Shown: positions 19,605-32,297 of the stretch, one piece after another | Position numbering within the stretch: position 1 is the stretch's first letter | Layout of the letters: each line of letters opens with the position of its first letter | Origin: an uncultured delta proteobacterium | Lineage (GTDB): Bacteria > Desulfobacterota > Desulfobacteria > Desulfobacterales > Desulfatirhabdiaceae | Reading direction: 5' to 3' | NCBI GenBank assembly: GCA_963789395.1 | Contig: CAWBKP010000002.1 | Span: 8,019-72,018 of the forward strand | Length of the DNA stretch: 64,000 nucleotides | Program-made: the position numbers and the translations under genes | Notes under the pieces: generated by a model | Seen by the model: the letters and a program-made list of their open reading frames with translations, nothing else | What the model was told of the DNA's origin: nothing | Databases searched by the model: none

Positions 19605-22600
19605 TTGGAAACGCTATACGATTTTTTCGCCAAACCCATGGATCCCAAACGGTATACAGGTGTACGCATTGCCCTGGCATCTCCGGAGCAGATCCTCAAA
19701 TGGTCCCATGGTGAGATAAAAAAGCCGGAAACCATAAATTATCGTACGTTTAAACCCGAGCGGGATGGGTTGTTCTGCGCAAAAATATTCGGTCCGACAA
19801 AAGACTATGAATGTAATTGCGGCAAATACAAACGGATGAAACATCGGGGCGTCATCTGCGAAAAATGCGGTGTGGAGGTGATACAGTCCAAGGTTCGCCG
19901 CGAACGCATGGCGCATATTGAACTGGCCTGTCCGGTGGCGCATATCTGGTTTCTGAAAAGTCTTCCCAGCAAAATCGGTAATCTGCTGGATCTGACGCTC
20001 AAGAATCTTGAAAAAGTCCTGTATTTCGATAGTTATATTGTCATAGATCCGAAAGAAACAACATTGGTGCGCGGCCAGCTGCTATCGGACGATAAATACC
20101 GTGATGCCCTGGAAGCTTTTGGCCCCAAATTCGACGTCGGTATCGGCGCCGAAGCCATTAAAATGCTGCTCGATGATCTTGATCTTCAGGCGATTTACCA
20201 GCAGCTTCGGGTCGAAATCCGGACAAGCAACTCATCCGCAAAGCGTCAAAAAATGGCCAAGCGCCTGAAAATCGTGGATGCTTTCAGGCGATCCGGCATC
20301 GATCCCACCTGGATGATCATGGATGTCATTCCGGTATTGCCCCCGGATCTGCGGCCATTGGTTCCACTTGAAGGCGGCCGGTTCGCCACATCCGATCTCA
20401 ACGATCTGTACCGGCGGGTCATCAACCGGAACAACCGGTTGAAACGCCTGATCGAACTGCGCGCACCGGATATCATTATTCGAAATGAAAAGCGCATGCT
20501 GCAGGAGGCCGTGGATGTGCTGTTTGACAATGGCCGGCATGGAAGGGTCATCACCGGGACCAACAAACGTCCGCTGAAATCCCTGAGTGACACACTGAAG
20601 GGAAAGCAAGGCCGGTTCCGTCAGAATCTGCTGGGCAAACGCGTGGATTATTCCGGCAGAACGGTCATTACCGTGGGGCCGAATCTGCGGCTTCATCAGT
20701 GCGGTCTGCCCAAAAAGATGGCCCTGGAGCTGTTTAAGCCCTTTGTCTATTACCGCCTTGAACAAAAAGGTCTGGTACAAACGGTAAAAAGCGCCAAGAA
20801 ACTGGTCGAAAGCGAAGATCCCCAGGTGTGGGATACCCTGGATGAAGTGGTGCGTGAATATCCGGTCATGCTAAACCGGGCGCCCACACTCCACCGTCTC
20901 GGGATTCAAGCTTTTGAGCCGATTTTGATCGAGGGCAAAGCGATCCAGCTGCATCCGCTCGTGTGTACGGCATTCAATGCCGACTTTGACGGCGACCAGA
21001 TGGCGGTGCACATCCCGCTTTCTGTCGAGTCTCAGATTGAAGCCCGCATCCTCATGCTGTCCAGTAACAACATCCTGTCTCCGGCTAACGGGAGCCCGAT
21101 TATCGTTCCCAGCCAGGACATTGTTCTGGGGATTTATTATATGACCCGTGAGGTGGCAGGCGCCAGAGGCGAAGGCATGCTGTTTGCCAGTCCCGAAGAA
21201 GTCCGCTCGGCTTATGACGCCGGGGTTGCAGCCCTTCATGCGGGGATAACGGTTCGTATTCATGGAAAACGTGTGAAGTCAACCGTGGGCAGAATGCTGC
21301 TGTGGGAAATCATGCCCAAGGATACGGTAATGGTGCTTCGCCGCATCATGACGGCAACCCTTGAAGAAGCCCTGACGGTAAAGGAAGAGCTTGCCGGCGG
21401 CGCATCGTTTGCGGCATTGGTTCAAAAATATTCCCAGCATCCGGACAAAGCGAACAAGGGACTGATCGGCCGGCTCAGAAGCGAGGAGTTTGAACGGGTA
21501 TTTCCGGCAACCGAAGCAGAGGTGGACGCCCTGTTTTTGCTGGAACCCGGCTCTGCCAGCGAGATTATGCATTTTGACGACGCCTTCCATGTTTTTGAAG
21601 TCGTTGACCGCATGCCGGAGATCCCCTTTGATGTAATTAACAACGTGATGGATAAAAAGACCCTTCGCGATCTGGTGGACTATGCCTACCGGAACCTGGG
21701 GCCCAAGTCAACCGTCATTCTGGCGGACCGGATTAAAGACATCGGTTACCGGTATTCGACAGAGGCCGGCCTTTCCATTTCCATCGATGCCATGATTATT
21801 CCGGAAGCAAAAGCAAAAATATTAAAACTTGCCGAAGAACGGGTCAAAGAAATCGAAAAACAGTACACGGAAGGGTTGATTACGCCGGGTGAAAAATACA
21901 ACAAGGTCGTTGATATCTGGGCAAAGGCAACCGATGATGTGGCAAACGAAATGATGGAAGCCATGAAAATGGAAAAAGTCGATAAAGACGGCAAATCCGT
22001 TTTCCAGGAAAGCATGAATCCCATTTACATGATGGCTGATTCGGGAGCCAGGGGCAGCAAGGACCAGATGCGACAGCTGGCGGGCATGCGCGGACTGATG
22101 GCCAAGCCTTCCGGTGAAATCATTGAAACACCGATTACGGCAAATTTTCGTGAAGGGCTGTCGGTGCTCCAGTACTTCATCTCGACGCACGGTGCGCGAA
22201 AAGGTCTTGCAGACACAGCCCTGAAAACCGCCAACTCCGGCTATCTGACCCGGCGACTGGCAGATGTTGCCCAGGATTGCGTCGTCAGCGAAGATGACTG
22301 CGGGACGCTGATGGGGGTCGATGTCGAGCCCTTGACTGAAGGCGGCGAAGTGATTCAGCGCCTGGGAGACCGTATTCTGGGCCGCGTGGCCTGTGAGGAG
22401 ATCCTGGACCCGTATACCGATGAAGTCCTGATAACGACAGGGACAGAACTGGATGAAGTCGCGGTCAAGATCATTGAAGATGCCGGTCTAAAAAAAGTTC
22501 GGATTCGCAGCGTTCTGACCTGTAAATCCGATCATGGTGTTTGCGCCAAGTGTTACGGTCGCGATCTTGCCCATGGCCGCACGGTTGAAATCGGACAAGC

Positions 22601-24017
22601 TGTCGGGATTCTGGCGGCCCAGTCCATCGGTGAGCCGGGAACCCAGCTGACGATGCGAACATTTCACATCGGTGGAACTGCCAGCCGGCGCGTGGAACAG
22701 GCGGATATCCGCGCGCGGGTTGAAGGTACGGTTAAATTTCAGGACCTGGTTGTTGAAACCAATTCTGAAGGCCATGAAATTGTCATGAACCGCAAAGGCG
22801 GGGAACTTGCCATCATCGGAGAAACCGGGCGAAAGCTGGAACAGTTTTCCGTGATTTTCGGCGCGCACGTTCACGTAAAAAATGATCAGAAGGTCAGCGT
22901 TAAAGATCTGCTGGCGACCTGGGATCCCTTTACGACCCCGATTATTTCGGAAGTCAATGGCACGGTTAAATTCGGTGATATTACACTGAACAAAACCATG
23001 CAGGAGAAAGTGGATCCGGTAACGCTGAAATCAAGCCGGACAATCGTTGAGTCCAAAAATATCGACGAGCGGCCAAGGATATCGATCAAGGACGCTGACG
23101 GAAAGACCGCAAAGCTGACAAGGTCCAGCGGATGGGCCCGGTATATGCTGCCCGTGGACGCTATCTTATTGGTGGAAGAAGGAGACGAAGTCAAGGCGGG
23201 TGATGTCGTAGCCAAGCTGCCCCGGGCCACCACCAAGACAAAAGACATTACCGGAGGCCTTCCGCGGGTTGCCGAACTGTTTGAAGTCAGGAAACCAAAG
23301 GACATTGCTGTTCTGAGTGAAATCGACGGTTATGTTGCGATTGCAAAGAGCAGTAAGAAGGGCAAACAGAAAGTGACCATTACGCCGGTCGATGTCGGCG
23401 AGAAAAAAGAATACCTGATTCCCCGCGGAAAACACATCAATGTGATTGAAGGGGATTATATCCGGGCCGGGGAGCCGCTGATCGGCGGATCCAAAATCCC
23501 TCAGGATATTTTGAATATCAAGGGTGAAATTGAACTGGCGCGTTATCTGGTGAATGAAGTCCAGGAGGTCTACCGGCTTCAGGGCGTGCGTATCAACGAT
23601 AAGCATATCGAGGTCATCGTTCGGCAGATGATGCGCAGGGTGAAGATTACACGGGTCGGAGACACCGATTTTATTCAGGATGAGCAGATCGACAAACTCC
23701 GGTTCCAGGAATCCAACGCGGCAGTCGTTGATAAAATCTTCGAAGAAGCGGACAGTACCGGAAAAATTGTTGCCAGACACGGGGTTCCGGCAAAGGCGGA
23801 ACCGCTGATCCTGGGCATCACCAAAGCATCGCTGAGCACTGAAAGCTTTATCTCAGCAGCTTCTTTTCAGGAAACCACAAAGGTTCTAACGGATGCCAGC
23901 ATCGCCGGTGCGGTGGATGGTCTTCGCGGACTGAAAGAAAATGTAATCATGGGAAGAACGATTCCTGCGGGAACCGGATTTCCGGCGTATCGCGATATCC
24001 GAATCGATGCATCCTGA
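19605..24017 (+). CDS. rpoC: RNA polymerase beta' subunit with a parvulin-like insertion
   Basis: TTG start after AAGGAG; Zn finger, [20 protein letters not shown]. Confidence 0.99.
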   Translation: METLYDFFAKPMDPKRYTGVRIALASPEQILKWSHGEIKKPETINYRTFKPERDGLFCAKIFGPTKDYECNCGKYKRMKHRGVICEKCGVEVIQSKVRRERMAHIELACPVAHIWFLKSLPSKIGNLLDLTLKNLEKVLYFDSYIVIDPKETTLVRGQLLSDDKYRDALEAFGPKFDVGIGAEAIKMLLDDLDLQAIYQQLRVEIRTSNSSAKRQKMAKRLKIVDAFRRSGIDPTWMIMDVIPVLPPDLRPLVPLEGGRFATSDLNDLYRRVINRNNRLKRLIELRAPDIIIRNEKRMLQEAVDVLFDNGRHGRVITGTNKRPLKSLSDTLKGKQGRFRQNLLGKRVDYSGRTVITVGPNLRLHQCGLPKKMALELFKPFVYYRLEQKGLVQTVKSAKKLVESEDPQVWDTLDEVVREYPVMLNRAPTLHRLGIQAFEPILIEGKAIQLHPLVCTAFNADFDGDQMAVHIPLSVESQIEARILMLSSNNILSPANGSPIIVPSQDIVLGIYYMTREVAGARGEGMLFASPEEVRSAYDAGVAALHAGITVRIHGKRVKSTVGRMLLWEIMPKDTVMVLRRIMTATLEEALTVKEELAGGASFAALVQKYSQHPDKANKGLIGRLRSEEFERVFPATEAEVDALFLLEPGSASEIMHFDDAFHVFEVVDRMPEIPFDVINNVMDKKTLRDLVDYAYRNLGPKSTVILADRIKDIGYRYSTEAGLSISIDAMIIPEAKAKILKLAEERVKEIEKQYTEGLITPGEKYNKVVDIWAKATDDVANEMMEAMKMEKVDKDGKSVFQESMNPIYMMADSGARGSKDQMRQLAGMRGLMAKPSGEIIETPITANFREGLSVLQYFISTHGARKGLADTALKTANSGYLTRRLADVAQDCVVSEDDCGTLMGVDVEPLTEGGEVIQRLGDRILGRVACEEILDPYTDEVLITTGTELDEVAVKIIEDAGLKKVRIRSVLTCKSDHGVCAKCYGRDLAHGRTVEIGQAVGILAAQSIGEPGTQLTMRTFHIGGTASRRVEQADIRARVEGTVKFQDLVVETNSEGHEIVMNRKGGELAIIGETGRKLEQFSVIFGAHVHVKNDQKVSVKDLLATWDPFTTPIISEVNGTVKFGDITLNKTMQEKVDPVTLKSSRTIVESKNIDERPRISIKDADGKTAKLTRSSGWARYMLPVDAILLVEEGDEVKAGDVVAKLPRATTKTKDITGGLPRVAELFEVRKPKDIAVLSEIDGYVAIAKSSKKGKQKVTITPVDVGEKKEYLIPRGKHINVIEGDYIRAGEPLIGGSKIPQDILNIKGEIELARYLVNEVQEVYRLQGVRINDKHIEVIVRQMMRRVKITRVGDTDFIQDEQIDKLRFQESNAAVVDKIFEEADSTGKIVARHGVPAKAEPLILGITKASLSTESFISAASFQETTKVLTDASIAGAVDGLRGLKENVIMGRTIPAGTGFPAYRDIRIDAS

Positions 24018-24038
24018 TGCAGTAAAGACACAAAAGAC

Positions 24039-24067
24039 TTGACAAATTGCGTGGATCTATATAAAAG
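24039..24067 (+). promoter_or_regulatory. Putative sigma70 promoter of the rpsL (str) operon
   Basis: TTGACA-17 nt-TAAAAG, overlapping TATATAAAA. Confidence 0.55.
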
Positions 24068-24129
24068 AACTAATTTTACTTTATGCAAGTTCTAATTTTG
24101 TTCCAATAGAAGCGATCGAAGGGGAAAAA

Positions 24130-24501
24130 ATGCCTACAATCAACCAGTTGGTAAGAAAGGGAAGAGATCGGGTCAAGAAGAAGACCACGACCCCCGCACT
24201 GAAAGGAGCACCTCAGAAAAGAGGGGTTTGTACCCGAGTATACACGTCTACGCCAAAAAAACCGAACTCAGCGCTCAGAAAAGTCGCCAGGGTAAGGCTG
24301 ACAACCGGTATTGAAATCACGGCGTATATTCCGGGTATCGGACATAACCTTCAGGAGCACTCGGTTGTCCTGGTTCGCGGCGGCCGCGTGAAAGATCTAC
24401 CCGGCGTGCGGTATCATATTGTCCGAGGAACTCTGGATACGTTAGGCGTGGATGACCGGAAACAGGGCCGCTCAAAATACGGCGCCAAGAAACCCAAATA
24501 A
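24130..24501 (+). CDS. rpsL: 30S ribosomal protein S12
   Basis: [21 protein letters not shown]. Confidence 0.99.
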   Translation: MPTINQLVRKGRDRVKKKTTTPALKGAPQKRGVCTRVYTSTPKKPNSALRKVARVRLTTGIEITAYIPGIGHNLQEHSVVLVRGGRVKDLPGVRYHIVRGTLDTLGVDDRKQGRSKYGAKKPK

Positions 24502-24559
24502 ATCAAGATGTCGATCGCTTACGGGTTAACAAGTAACTTTATATAAAATGGTGTAGGAT

Positions 24560-25030
24560 ATGCCCAGACGAAGAGAAATCGCTGAAAGAACCATCATTGC
24601 GGATGCTAAATACGACAGCAAGCTGGTGGCCAAATTTATCAAATCAATCATGCGGGATGGGAAGAAAAGTATCGCAGAATCCATTCTCTACAATGCGTTC
24701 GGTATCATCGAAAAAAAGACAAACGACGCACCGCTGAAAACATTCGAGCAGGCCGTTGACAATGTCAGGCCCGTCATCGAGGTGAAGTCCAGACGCGTGG
24801 GCGGATCAACCTACCAGGTGCCTACGGAGATCCGGCAGTCACGGCGGACAGCCTTGGGAATTCGGTGGCTCATCAACTTTGCAAGGAAACGATCCGAGAA
24901 AAGCATGGCGGAAAAACTGGCGGGGGAAATTCTGGATGCCGCGAATAACCGGGGGTCTTCTGCCAAGAAAAAAGAAGATACCCATAAAATGGCTGAAGCC
25001 AATAAGGCGTTTGCGCATTACCGGTGGTAG
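24560..25030 (+). CDS. rpsG: 30S ribosomal protein S7
   Basis: [26 protein letters not shown]. Confidence 0.99.
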   Translation: MPRRREIAERTIIADAKYDSKLVAKFIKSIMRDGKKSIAESILYNAFGIIEKKTNDAPLKTFEQAVDNVRPVIEVKSRRVGGSTYQVPTEIRQSRRTALGIRWLINFARKRSEKSMAEKLAGEILDAANNRGSSAKKKEDTHKMAEANKAFAHYRW

Positions 25031-25223
25031 TCGGCGGTTGCCGGAATCCGATTTCGGCGCAGGGTTTCAGTTCGGCCGGATAAAAGCAGGATGCTACTTA
25101 CATCTCGATAATAAATGAAAACACTACAGGGATATGAACCTTACCAACCCTGTTCAAATGCGACAACATAATTCACGCTGGCAGCTTGAAAGAAATTGAC
25201 CGTAAAAAAAGGAGGACAGTGAA

Positions 25224-26417
25224 ATGGCGAAGGAAAAGTTTGATCGGTCGAAACCGCATGTGAATGTGGGAACGATAGGACATATTGATCACGGGAAGAC
25301 GACGCTGACAGCGGCGATAACCAAGCATAACGGGTTGAAGGGGATGGCCAAATATGTTCCGTTTGACCAGATTGACAAGGCGCCCGAGGAAAAAGAGCGT
25401 GGGATCACGATAGCGACCGCGCATGTGGAGTACGAGACCAAGAATCGCCATTACGCGCATGTGGACTGTCCGGGCCATGCTGACTATATCAAGAACATGA
25501 TTACGGGTGCGGCCCAGATGGATGGTGCGATCCTGGTAGTGGCAGCAGACGATGGTCCGATGCCGCAGACCCGTGAGCACATATTGCTGGCCCGTCAGGT
25601 CGGGGTGCCGACCATGGTGGTTTTTTTGAACAAATGCGACATGGTGGATGATCCGGAATTGATCGAGCTGGTGGAGCTTGAGCTTCGCGAGCTGCTGAGC
25701 AAGTATGATTTTCCGGGGGATGATACGCCGATCATTCGCGGCAGTGCCTTAAAGGCGCTTGAGAGCGATGATCCGGACAGCGAAGATGCCAAGTGCATAT
25801 TTGAATTGATGGCGGCAATCGACTCCTACATACCGGAGCCCAAGCGGGACATAGACAAGCCGTTTCTGATGCCGGTGGAAGATGTATTCAGCATTTCAGG
25901 TCGCGGCACCGTAGTAACGGGCCGGGTGGACCGCGGGATCGTGAAAGTTGGCGAGGCTGTTGAGATCGTCGGGATTCGGGCCACGCAAAAGACCGTATGC
26001 ACGGGAGTAGAGATGTTCAGAAAGCTTCTGGACGAGGGCCGTGCGGGAGACAACATCGGGGTACTGCTTCGGGGAACCAAGCGTGAGGAAGTGGAGCGCG
26101 GGCAGGTTGTGGCGCATCCGGGAACGATTACGCCGCACACCAAGTTCAAGGCTGAGGTGTATATCCTGAGCAAGGAAGAAGGCGGCAGGCACACGCCGTT
26201 TTTCAATGGATACCGGCCGCAGTTTTATTTTCGGACAACGGATGTGACAGGGGTACTGTCGCTGCCGGAGGGCATCGAGATGGTGATGCCCGGAGACAAT
26301 GTGGCGATATCGGCAGAGCTGATCACGCCGATTGCCATGGAAAAAGAGCTTCGCTTTGCGATTCGTGAAGGCGGCCGAACCGTGGGCGCGGGTGTCGTCA
26401 GCGAAATTCTGGGATAA
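25224..26417 (+). CDS. tuf: Elongation factor Tu (copy 2)
   Basis: Protein identical to that of 10270-11463. Confidence 0.99.
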   Translation: MAKEKFDRSKPHVNVGTIGHIDHGKTTLTAAITKHNGLKGMAKYVPFDQIDKAPEEKERGITIATAHVEYETKNRHYAHVDCPGHADYIKNMITGAAQMDGAILVVAADDGPMPQTREHILLARQVGVPTMVVFLNKCDMVDDPELIELVELELRELLSKYDFPGDDTPIIRGSALKALESDDPDSEDAKCIFELMAAIDSYIPEPKRDIDKPFLMPVEDVFSISGRGTVVTGRVDRGIVKVGEAVEIVGIRATQKTVCTGVEMFRKLLDEGRAGDNIGVLLRGTKREEVERGQVVAHPGTITPHTKFKAEVYILSKEEGGRHTPFFNGYRPQFYFRTTDVTGVLSLPEGIEMVMPGDNVAISAELITPIAMEKELRFAIREGGRTVGAGVVSEILG

Positions 26418-26436
26418 GAAGAGAGAGACGAAAACC

Positions 26437-26748
26437 ATGATTATGAACAGTAAAATTCGAATCAGACTTAAGGCGTACGACCATAAACTCTTGGATCAAT
26501 CGGCGTCGGATATTGTGGATACGGCCAATAAAACAGGGGCAAAAGTCATAGGTCCGATTCCGCTGCCGACCGTGATCAATAAAGTATGTGTACTACGCTC
26601 TCCGCACGTTGACAAAAAGTCCCGTGAGCAATTTGAAATGCGGACACATAAACGACTGGTTGATATTCTGGAGCCAACGCAACAGACGGTTGATGCGCTG
26701 ATGAAGCTGGACCTTTCTCCAGGCGTCGATGTTGAAATTAAACTGTAG
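26437..26748 (+). CDS. rpsJ: 30S ribosomal protein S10
   Basis: [31 protein letters not shown]. Confidence 0.98.
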   Translation: MIMNSKIRIRLKAYDHKLLDQSASDIVDTANKTGAKVIGPIPLPTVINKVCVLRSPHVDKKSREQFEMRTHKRLVDILEPTQQTVDALMKLDLSPGVDVEIKL

Positions 26749-26763
26749 GAGAAGAAAAACGCG

Positions 26764-27408
26764 ATGTGCAAAGGATTGATAGGAAAAAAACTGGGGATGA
26801 CAGGCGTTTTCTCTCCAGAAGGACGACACATACCGGTAACGGTTCTTCAAGTAGGGCCTTGCGTTGTGACACAGATAAAAACTGTGGCAACAGATGGATA
26901 CAATTCACTGCAGCTGGCCTTTGGTTCGAAAAAGAAATCGCATGTGAACAAGCCGATGCAGGGGCATTTTGGCAAATCCGGCAGTGAAGTTTTTGCCCAT
27001 GTAAAGGAGTTTCCAGTGGACAATCCGGCTGAATATTCGCTGGGCCAGACGATTCCCTTAGATATGTTTGTCATCGGGGATTTGGTGGATGTGTCCGGCG
27101 TCAGCATCGGCAGGGGTTTTTCCGGCGTGATCCGCCGTCACGGGTTTGGCGGCGGTAGAAATACGCATGGAAGCCATTGCAAAAGGATTCCCGGCTCCAT
27201 TGGATGCAGTGCCTGGCCGTCACGGGTTGTCAAAGGGAAGAAACTTCCCGGTCAGTTCGGCAATGTTCGAAAAACCGTAAAAAACCTAATGATCGTGGAC
27301 ATTCGGCCGGAAGAGCAGCTCATTCTGTTAAAAGGAGCAATTCCGGGAGCCGAGTCCGGTATTGTTACCATAAATAAAACGAAAACCATCCAGAAGGCCG
27401 GTGCATAA
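26764..27408 (+). CDS. rplC: 50S ribosomal protein L3
   Basis: [17 protein letters not shown]10 operon order. Confidence 0.98.
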   Translation: MCKGLIGKKLGMTGVFSPEGRHIPVTVLQVGPCVVTQIKTVATDGYNSLQLAFGSKKKSHVNKPMQGHFGKSGSEVFAHVKEFPVDNPAEYSLGQTIPLDMFVIGDLVDVSGVSIGRGFSGVIRRHGFGGGRNTHGSHCKRIPGSIGCSAWPSRVVKGKKLPGQFGNVRKTVKNLMIVDIRPEEQLILLKGAIPGAESGIVTINKTKTIQKAGA

Positions 27409-27467
27409 ACGAAGCATTTAAGATTCGATGGTGAGGGGTATACGGGCCAACGAATGCGAGGGGATAT

Positions 27468-28091
27468 ATGGCTGTAGTAGATGTATTCAATTGTAAAGCA
27501 GAAAAGGTTTCACAGGTGGAACTGGTGGCGGACATTTATAATGTCGAGGTGAAGGCCTGTGTTCTGCACGAAGTTGTAACCATGCAGTTAGCCAATCGGC
27601 GTGCAGGCACCGCATCTGTGAAAACCCGATCAGATGTGCAGGGCAGCACCAGAAAACTTTTTAAACAAAAAGGGACCGGTCGTGCCCGTAGAGGGGACAT
27701 CAAAAGCCCGCTGCTGCGTGGAGGCGGTTCAATTTTTGGACCCCACCCCAGATCCTATGCCTATAAAGTGCCCAAGAAAGTCAGGCGGCTTGCCTTGAAA
27801 ATGGCCTTAAGCGCTAAGGCGCAGAGCCAATCGCTTCTGGTGCTGGACAATTTTGATCTGGAACAAATCAAAACCCAGCAGGTCGTCCAGATTCTGGATG
27901 CTCTGAAAGTTAAAAAGGCGCTGATCGTCGCGGACACGGGAGATGACAGGCTGAAATTATCCTGCAGAAATCTTCCGCATGTCAAGGTACTGAAACCGGA
28001 AGGTCTCAATGTCTACGATGTCATGCATTACAACCACCTGCTGCTGGTTGAGCCCTCAATTAAAGCCATTGAAGGGAGATTGCTGAAATGA
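27468..28091 (+). CDS. rplD: 50S ribosomal protein L4
   Basis: [18 protein letters not shown]. Confidence 0.98.
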   Translation: MAVVDVFNCKAEKVSQVELVADIYNVEVKACVLHEVVTMQLANRRAGTASVKTRSDVQGSTRKLFKQKGTGRARRGDIKSPLLRGGGSIFGPHPRSYAYKVPKKVRRLALKMALSAKAQSQSLLVLDNFDLEQIKTQQVVQILDALKVKKALIVADTGDDRLKLSCRNLPHVKVLKPEGLNVYDVMHYNHLLLVEPSIKAIEGRLLK

Positions 28092-28375
28092 ATTATCATG
28101 CCATTATCAAACGACCGGTAATCAGCGAAAAATCAACCCTGCAAAAAGAAGTTGCCAATCAGATTTCTTTTGAGGTGGATCGAAAAGCCAATCGGATCGA
28201 GATTAAAAAGGCCATTCAAAGCCTTTTCAGTGTGCAGGTGGACGGTGTCCGGACGCTGCAAATCAAAGGCAAATTTAAACGACGCGGCCGAATAATCGGA
28301 AAACGTAGAGACTGGAAAAAAGCAATCGTTACGCTGAAACCAGGTGAACGTATTGAATTCTTTGAAGGGATATAA
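28088..28375 (+). CDS. rplW: 50S ribosomal protein L23
   Basis: [15 protein letters not shown]. Confidence 0.98.
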   Translation: MNYHAIIKRPVISEKSTLQKEVANQISFEVDRKANRIEIKKAIQSLFSVQVDGVRTLQIKGKFKRRGRIIGKRRDWKKAIVTLKPGERIEFFEGI

Positions 28376-28390
28376 ACCGGGGAAAAAACC

Positions 28391-29215
28391 ATGGCTGTTA
28401 AGAAGGTAAAACCAACATCACCAGGACGCAGATTTCAAGTGTATTCTACATTTGAAGAAATCACGCGATCAACGCCAGAAAAAAGCCTTTTAAAAGTTTC
28501 GAAAAAAAAGGGCGGGCGAAATTCCTATGGCCGAATCACCAGTCGGCATATCGGCGGAGGCCATAAACAGCATTACCGGATTATCGATTTTAAACGGGAT
28601 AAAACCGGTGTGCCGGCTAAGGTTGCCAGTATTGAATATGATCCGAACCGATCATCCAGAATCGCGCTGCTGCACTATGTAGATGGCGAAAAAAGATATA
28701 TTCTGGCTCCGGTGAATCTCTCGGTTGGCGATATGGTCATGTCTGGTCCGACAGCAGATATAAAACCCGGCAATAATCTACCGCTGAGCAATATTCCGCT
28801 GGGTACCCAGATTCATAATATCGAGCTCAAAAAGGGAAAAGGCGGACAGATTGTTCGGTCCGCCGGTACTTTTGCGCAGTTGATGGCCAAAGAAGATCGC
28901 TATGCACTTGTAAAGCTTCCCTCAGGCGAAGTTCGCATGGTGCTTCTGACCTGCCAGGCAACGATCGGACAAGTCGGAAATGTCATACATGAAAAATTGT
29001 CTCTGGGAAAAGCCGGGCGCAAGCGCTGGCTGGGAAAACGTCCCAAGGTCAGAGGCGTTGCCATGAACCCCGTTGACCACCCGATGGGCGGCGGTGAAGG
29101 CAGGTCTTCCGGCGGAAGGCATCCTTGCTCTCCGTGGGGTACGCCGTCAAAGGGGTACAAGACCCGGAAGAACAAACAGACAACGAAATTCATTGTAAAA
29201 AAACGGGTGAAATAA
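28391..29215 (+). CDS. rplB: 50S ribosomal protein L2
   Basis: [24 protein letters not shown]. Confidence 0.99.
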   Translation: MAVKKVKPTSPGRRFQVYSTFEEITRSTPEKSLLKVSKKKGGRNSYGRITSRHIGGGHKQHYRIIDFKRDKTGVPAKVASIEYDPNRSSRIALLHYVDGEKRYILAPVNLSVGDMVMSGPTADIKPGNNLPLSNIPLGTQIHNIELKKGKGGQIVRSAGTFAQLMAKEDRYALVKLPSGEVRMVLLTCQATIGQVGNVIHEKLSLGKAGRKRWLGKRPKVRGVAMNPVDHPMGGGEGRSSGGRHPCSPWGTPSKGYKTRKNKQTTKFIVKKRVK

Positions 29216-29276
29216 ACCAGCAGCAATTTGTTGGGTTGCGGATTAAACCAAAAACCGACAAAACTCAGGAGAAGTT

Positions 29277-29558
29277 ATGCCACGGTCGCTAAAAAAAGGT
29301 CCATACATCGATTCATATTTATTGAAAAAAGTTGTGATTGCACAGGAAACTCGCAGCAATCGTGTTGTGAAAACCTGGTCACGTCGCTCTACTGTAGTTC
29401 CTGAAATGGTGGGCATTACAATGGCTGTTCACAATGGCAAGAAATTCGTACCCGTATTTGTTTCTGAGGATATGGTGGGCCACAAGCTTGGAGAATTTTC
29501 ACCGACAAGGACTTTTTACGGCCATACCGGAGACAAAAAAACCAAAGTCAAGAAGTAA
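29277..29558 (+). CDS. rpsS: 30S ribosomal protein S19
   Basis: [18 protein letters not shown]. Confidence 0.99.
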   Translation: MPRSLKKGPYIDSYLLKKVVIAQETRSNRVVKTWSRRSTVVPEMVGITMAVHNGKKFVPVFVSEDMVGHKLGEFSPTRTFYGHTGDKKTKVKK

Positions 29559-29573
29559 TATTGGAGCAAAGAA

Positions 29574-29921
29574 ATGGCTGAGTTAGATGTGAAAGCTGTG
29601 TGTCGATTTGCACGAATATCTCCCCGAAAGGTTAGAATTCTCGTCGATACAGTGAAAGGCAAGCCGGTTGAAAAAGGCCTGAATATTCTGAAGTTTATGC
29701 CGCAGAAAGCTGCCGGGATCGTGGAGAAAATCGTCCGCTCCGCTGTGGCCAATGCCGAACAGCGTGCAGGCGTTGATGTGGATGCGCTGATTATCAAGAA
29801 TATCACCGCCGATCAAGGCCCCTCTCTGAAACGATTCAGCGCCAGAGCCAGAGGGCGTGGAACCCAGATCATCAAAAGAACCTCACATATCACGGTAACG
29901 TTAGTAGAAAAATCGCTCTAA
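29574..29921 (+). CDS. rplV: 50S ribosomal protein L22
   Basis: [19 protein letters not shown]. Confidence 0.98.
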   Translation: MAELDVKAVCRFARISPRKVRILVDTVKGKPVEKGLNILKFMPQKAAGIVEKIVRSAVANAEQRAGVDVDALIIKNITADQGPSLKRFSARARGRGTQIIKRTSHITVTLVEKSL

Positions 29922-29936
29922 AAAGGAGGATATCGC

Positions 29937-30584
29937 TTGGGCCAGAAAGTAAATCCAGTTGGGTTGAGATTGGGAATTGTCAAAACCTGGGAGTCTCGTT
30001 GGTTTGCCACTAAAAAATATTCGGATTATATTCTTGAAGATTTTAATATCCGAAAATACCTGAAAAAAAAGCTGGGTCATGCAGGTGTTTCCAAGATTGA
30101 AATTGAAAGATCATCCAAGCGCGTGAGACTCCGCATATTCACATCCCGGCCCGGAATCATCATTGGGAAAAAAGGCGCAGAGATCGTTCAGCTCAAGCAG
30201 GATATCGAAAAAATGATTTCCCAGGATGCGATGATTGATATTCAGGAAATCAGAAAACCGGAATTGGACGCCCAACTGGTAGCGGAAAATATTGCCCTTC
30301 AAATCGTACGGCGGGTGGCTTTCAGGCGCGCGATGAAAAGAGGGATTCAGTCGGCAATGCGATTCGGCGCCCAAGGCGTTAAAGTAATTTGCTCAGGCAG
30401 ACTTGGCGGCGCGGAAATAGCCAGAACAGAGCTGTACCGTGAAGGAAGGGTTCCGCTGCATACCCTTAGAGCCGATATTGATTATGGTTTTTCAGAGGCA
30501 AATACGACCTACGGAATTGTCGGTATAAAGGTTTTTATTTTTAAGGGCGAAATATTGAAAAAAGATGCGGTTGAAGTCAGCTAG
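29937..30584 (+). CDS. rpsC: 30S ribosomal protein S3
   Basis: [26 protein letters not shown]. Confidence 0.99.
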   Translation: MGQKVNPVGLRLGIVKTWESRWFATKKYSDYILEDFNIRKYLKKKLGHAGVSKIEIERSSKRVRLRIFTSRPGIIIGKKGAEIVQLKQDIEKMISQDAMIDIQEIRKPELDAQLVAENIALQIVRRVAFRRAMKRGIQSAMRFGAQGVKVICSGRLGGAEIARTELYREGRVPLHTLRADIDYGFSEANTTYGIVGIKVFIFKGEILKKDAVEVS

Positions 30585-30606
30585 TAACGGATAGGAGATA
30601 CAGGGC

Positions 30607-31023
30607 ATGTTGAGTCCCAAAAAAGTAAAATTTCGAAAACAACAGCGTGGGCGGATGCGAGGGTTATCAAAACGTGGCGCCACGTTAAATTACGGGGATT
30701 TCGGGTTGCAGGCGGTTGAATGCGGTGCGATCAGTTCAAAACAGATTGAGGCCGCCAGAATTGCAATGACACGCCACGTAAAACGCGGCGGCAAGCTATG
30801 GATTCGGATTTTTCCGGATAAGCCGTTCACGAAAAAACCTGCCGAAGTCCGGATGGGAAAAGGAAAAGGGGCGCCGGAAGGCTGGGTTGCCGTCATTCGG
30901 CCTGGAAGAATCCTCTACGAAATGGAAGGTGTATCCAAAGAGCTTGCAGTAGAAGCGCTTCGCCTGGCATCCCACAAGCTTCCTATAAAAACACGGTTTA
31001 TCGAGAGGAGCGAGGTGCAATGA
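30607..31023 (+). CDS. rplP: 50S ribosomal protein L16
   Basis: [16 protein letters not shown]. Confidence 0.99.
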   Translation: MLSPKKVKFRKQQRGRMRGLSKRGATLNYGDFGLQAVECGAISSKQIEAARIAMTRHVKRGGKLWIRIFPDKPFTKKPAEVRMGKGKGAPEGWVAVIRPGRILYEMEGVSKELAVEALRLASHKLPIKTRFIERSEVQ

Positions 31024-31211
31024 AGGCCAGTGAAATCAGAAAGATGACTCCTGAGGAAATGCAAGAGAAAGTCGCCAGCTTGCGGCAGGAATTGTTCAAT
31101 ATGCGTTTTCAGCATAAAATCGGGCAGCTTGAAAATCCCAAGAAATTAATGTTTATTAAACGGGACATTGCTCGAGTGATGACCATCATGAACGAACCCA
31201 GGACGTCATAA
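31020..31211 (+). CDS. rpmC: 50S ribosomal protein L29
   Basis: [23 protein letters not shown]. Confidence 0.97.
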   Translation: MKASEIRKMTPEEMQEKVASLRQELFNMRFQHKIGQLENPKKLMFIKRDIARVMTIMNEPRTS

Positions 31212-31248
31212 GACAGCTAACTTAGGAACTCAAAAGAGAACATCAGAC

Positions 31249-31506
31249 ATGAAAACTCGCGGAATGAGAAGGCAGGTGGTTGGAAAAGTCATCAGCAACA
31301 AAATGGATAAATCCATTATTGTCCAGGTAGAAAGGCTCGTAAAGCACAAAGTGTATCATAAATATGTAAAACGCCGTGCGAAATTTGCTGCCCATGACGA
31401 GACCAATGCCTGTAGTATTGGGGATAAGGTATTAATTACTGAGTCCAGACCCATCAGTAAAACCAAAAGATGGCGCGTCAGTGAAATCGTCGAAAAAGCC
31501 ATTTGA
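31249..31506 (+). CDS. rpsQ: 30S ribosomal protein S17
   Basis: SNKMDKS, ESRPISKTKRW. Confidence 0.98.
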   Translation: MKTRGMRRQVVGKVISNKMDKSIIVQVERLVKHKVYHKYVKRRAKFAAHDETNACSIGDKVLITESRPISKTKRWRVSEIVEKAI

Positions 31507-31527
31507 TGATAAAGGAAGGCAAAGAAG

Positions 31528-31896
31528 ATGATTCAGACAGAGACCCAATTAACAGTGGCAGATAATTCCGGAGCCAAGACTGTCTACTGTTTAAAAGTAC
31601 TCGGCGGCTCCAAAAGACGGTACGCCAGTATCGGCGATATTATCGTCGTATCTGTTAAGGAAGCCATCCCCAACGCAAAAGTAAAAAAAGGGGACGTACT
31701 AAAGGCTGTTGTCGTTCGTACAAAAAAGGAAATCAGAAGAGCGGATGGCTCGTTTATCAGATTCGATGATAATTCTGCCGTACTGATTAATGCCAACCAG
31801 GAACCGATCGGAACCCGTATTTTTGGCCCGGTGGCCAGAGAGCTTCGATTGAAACGGTTTATGAAAATTATTTCACTGGCGCCGGAAGTCCTTTAG
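31528..31896 (+). CDS. rplN: 50S ribosomal protein L14
   Basis: [20 protein letters not shown]. Confidence 0.99.
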   Translation: MIQTETQLTVADNSGAKTVYCLKVLGGSKRRYASIGDIIVVSVKEAIPNAKVKKGDVLKAVVVRTKKEIRRADGSFIRFDDNSAVLINANQEPIGTRIFGPVARELRLKRFMKIISLAPEVL

Positions 31897-31945
31897 AAAT
31901 TTAGCAACCTGATGGATTCTATACTGTCAGTTGGAGAAGCGGCTC

Positions 31946-32275
31946 ATGATAAAAAATATATGTCATTTGAAAAAAGATGATAAAGTGAAAGTGATTACCG
32001 GTAAGGATTCTGGTAAGGTCAGCAAGATATTGAAAGTGAATCATAAAAAATGTCGCGTTTTGATTGAAAGCGTTAATCTCGTCAAACGGCACACCAAACA
32101 GAGCGCTAAAAACAGACAGGGCGGCATCGTTGAAAGTGAAGCGCCGATCCACTGGTCCAACGTGCTGCTGATGTGCAATAAGTGTATGACGCCGGTTCGG
32201 TTGAAAATCAAAAGCCTTGACGATGGCAAAAAAATTCGGGTGTGTCGAAAGTGCAACGAATTCATAGATAAATAG
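31946..32275 (+). CDS. rplX: 50S ribosomal protein L24
   Basis: [16 protein letters not shown] motif, EAPIHWSNV. Confidence 0.96.
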   Translation: MIKNICHLKKDDKVKVITGKDSGKVSKILKVNHKKCRVLIESVNLVKRHTKQSAKNRQGGIVESEAPIHWSNVLLMCNKCMTPVRLKIKSLDDGKKIRVCRKCNEFIDK

Positions 32276-32297
32276 GATCGTTTGCCGGAGGAATATC

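Noticed and set aside
21321..21611. Intein in RpoC
   Set aside because: No N-terminal Cys/Ser with a C-terminal His-Asn splice junction and no homing-endonuclease motifs; the pattern fits a parvulin fold instead.
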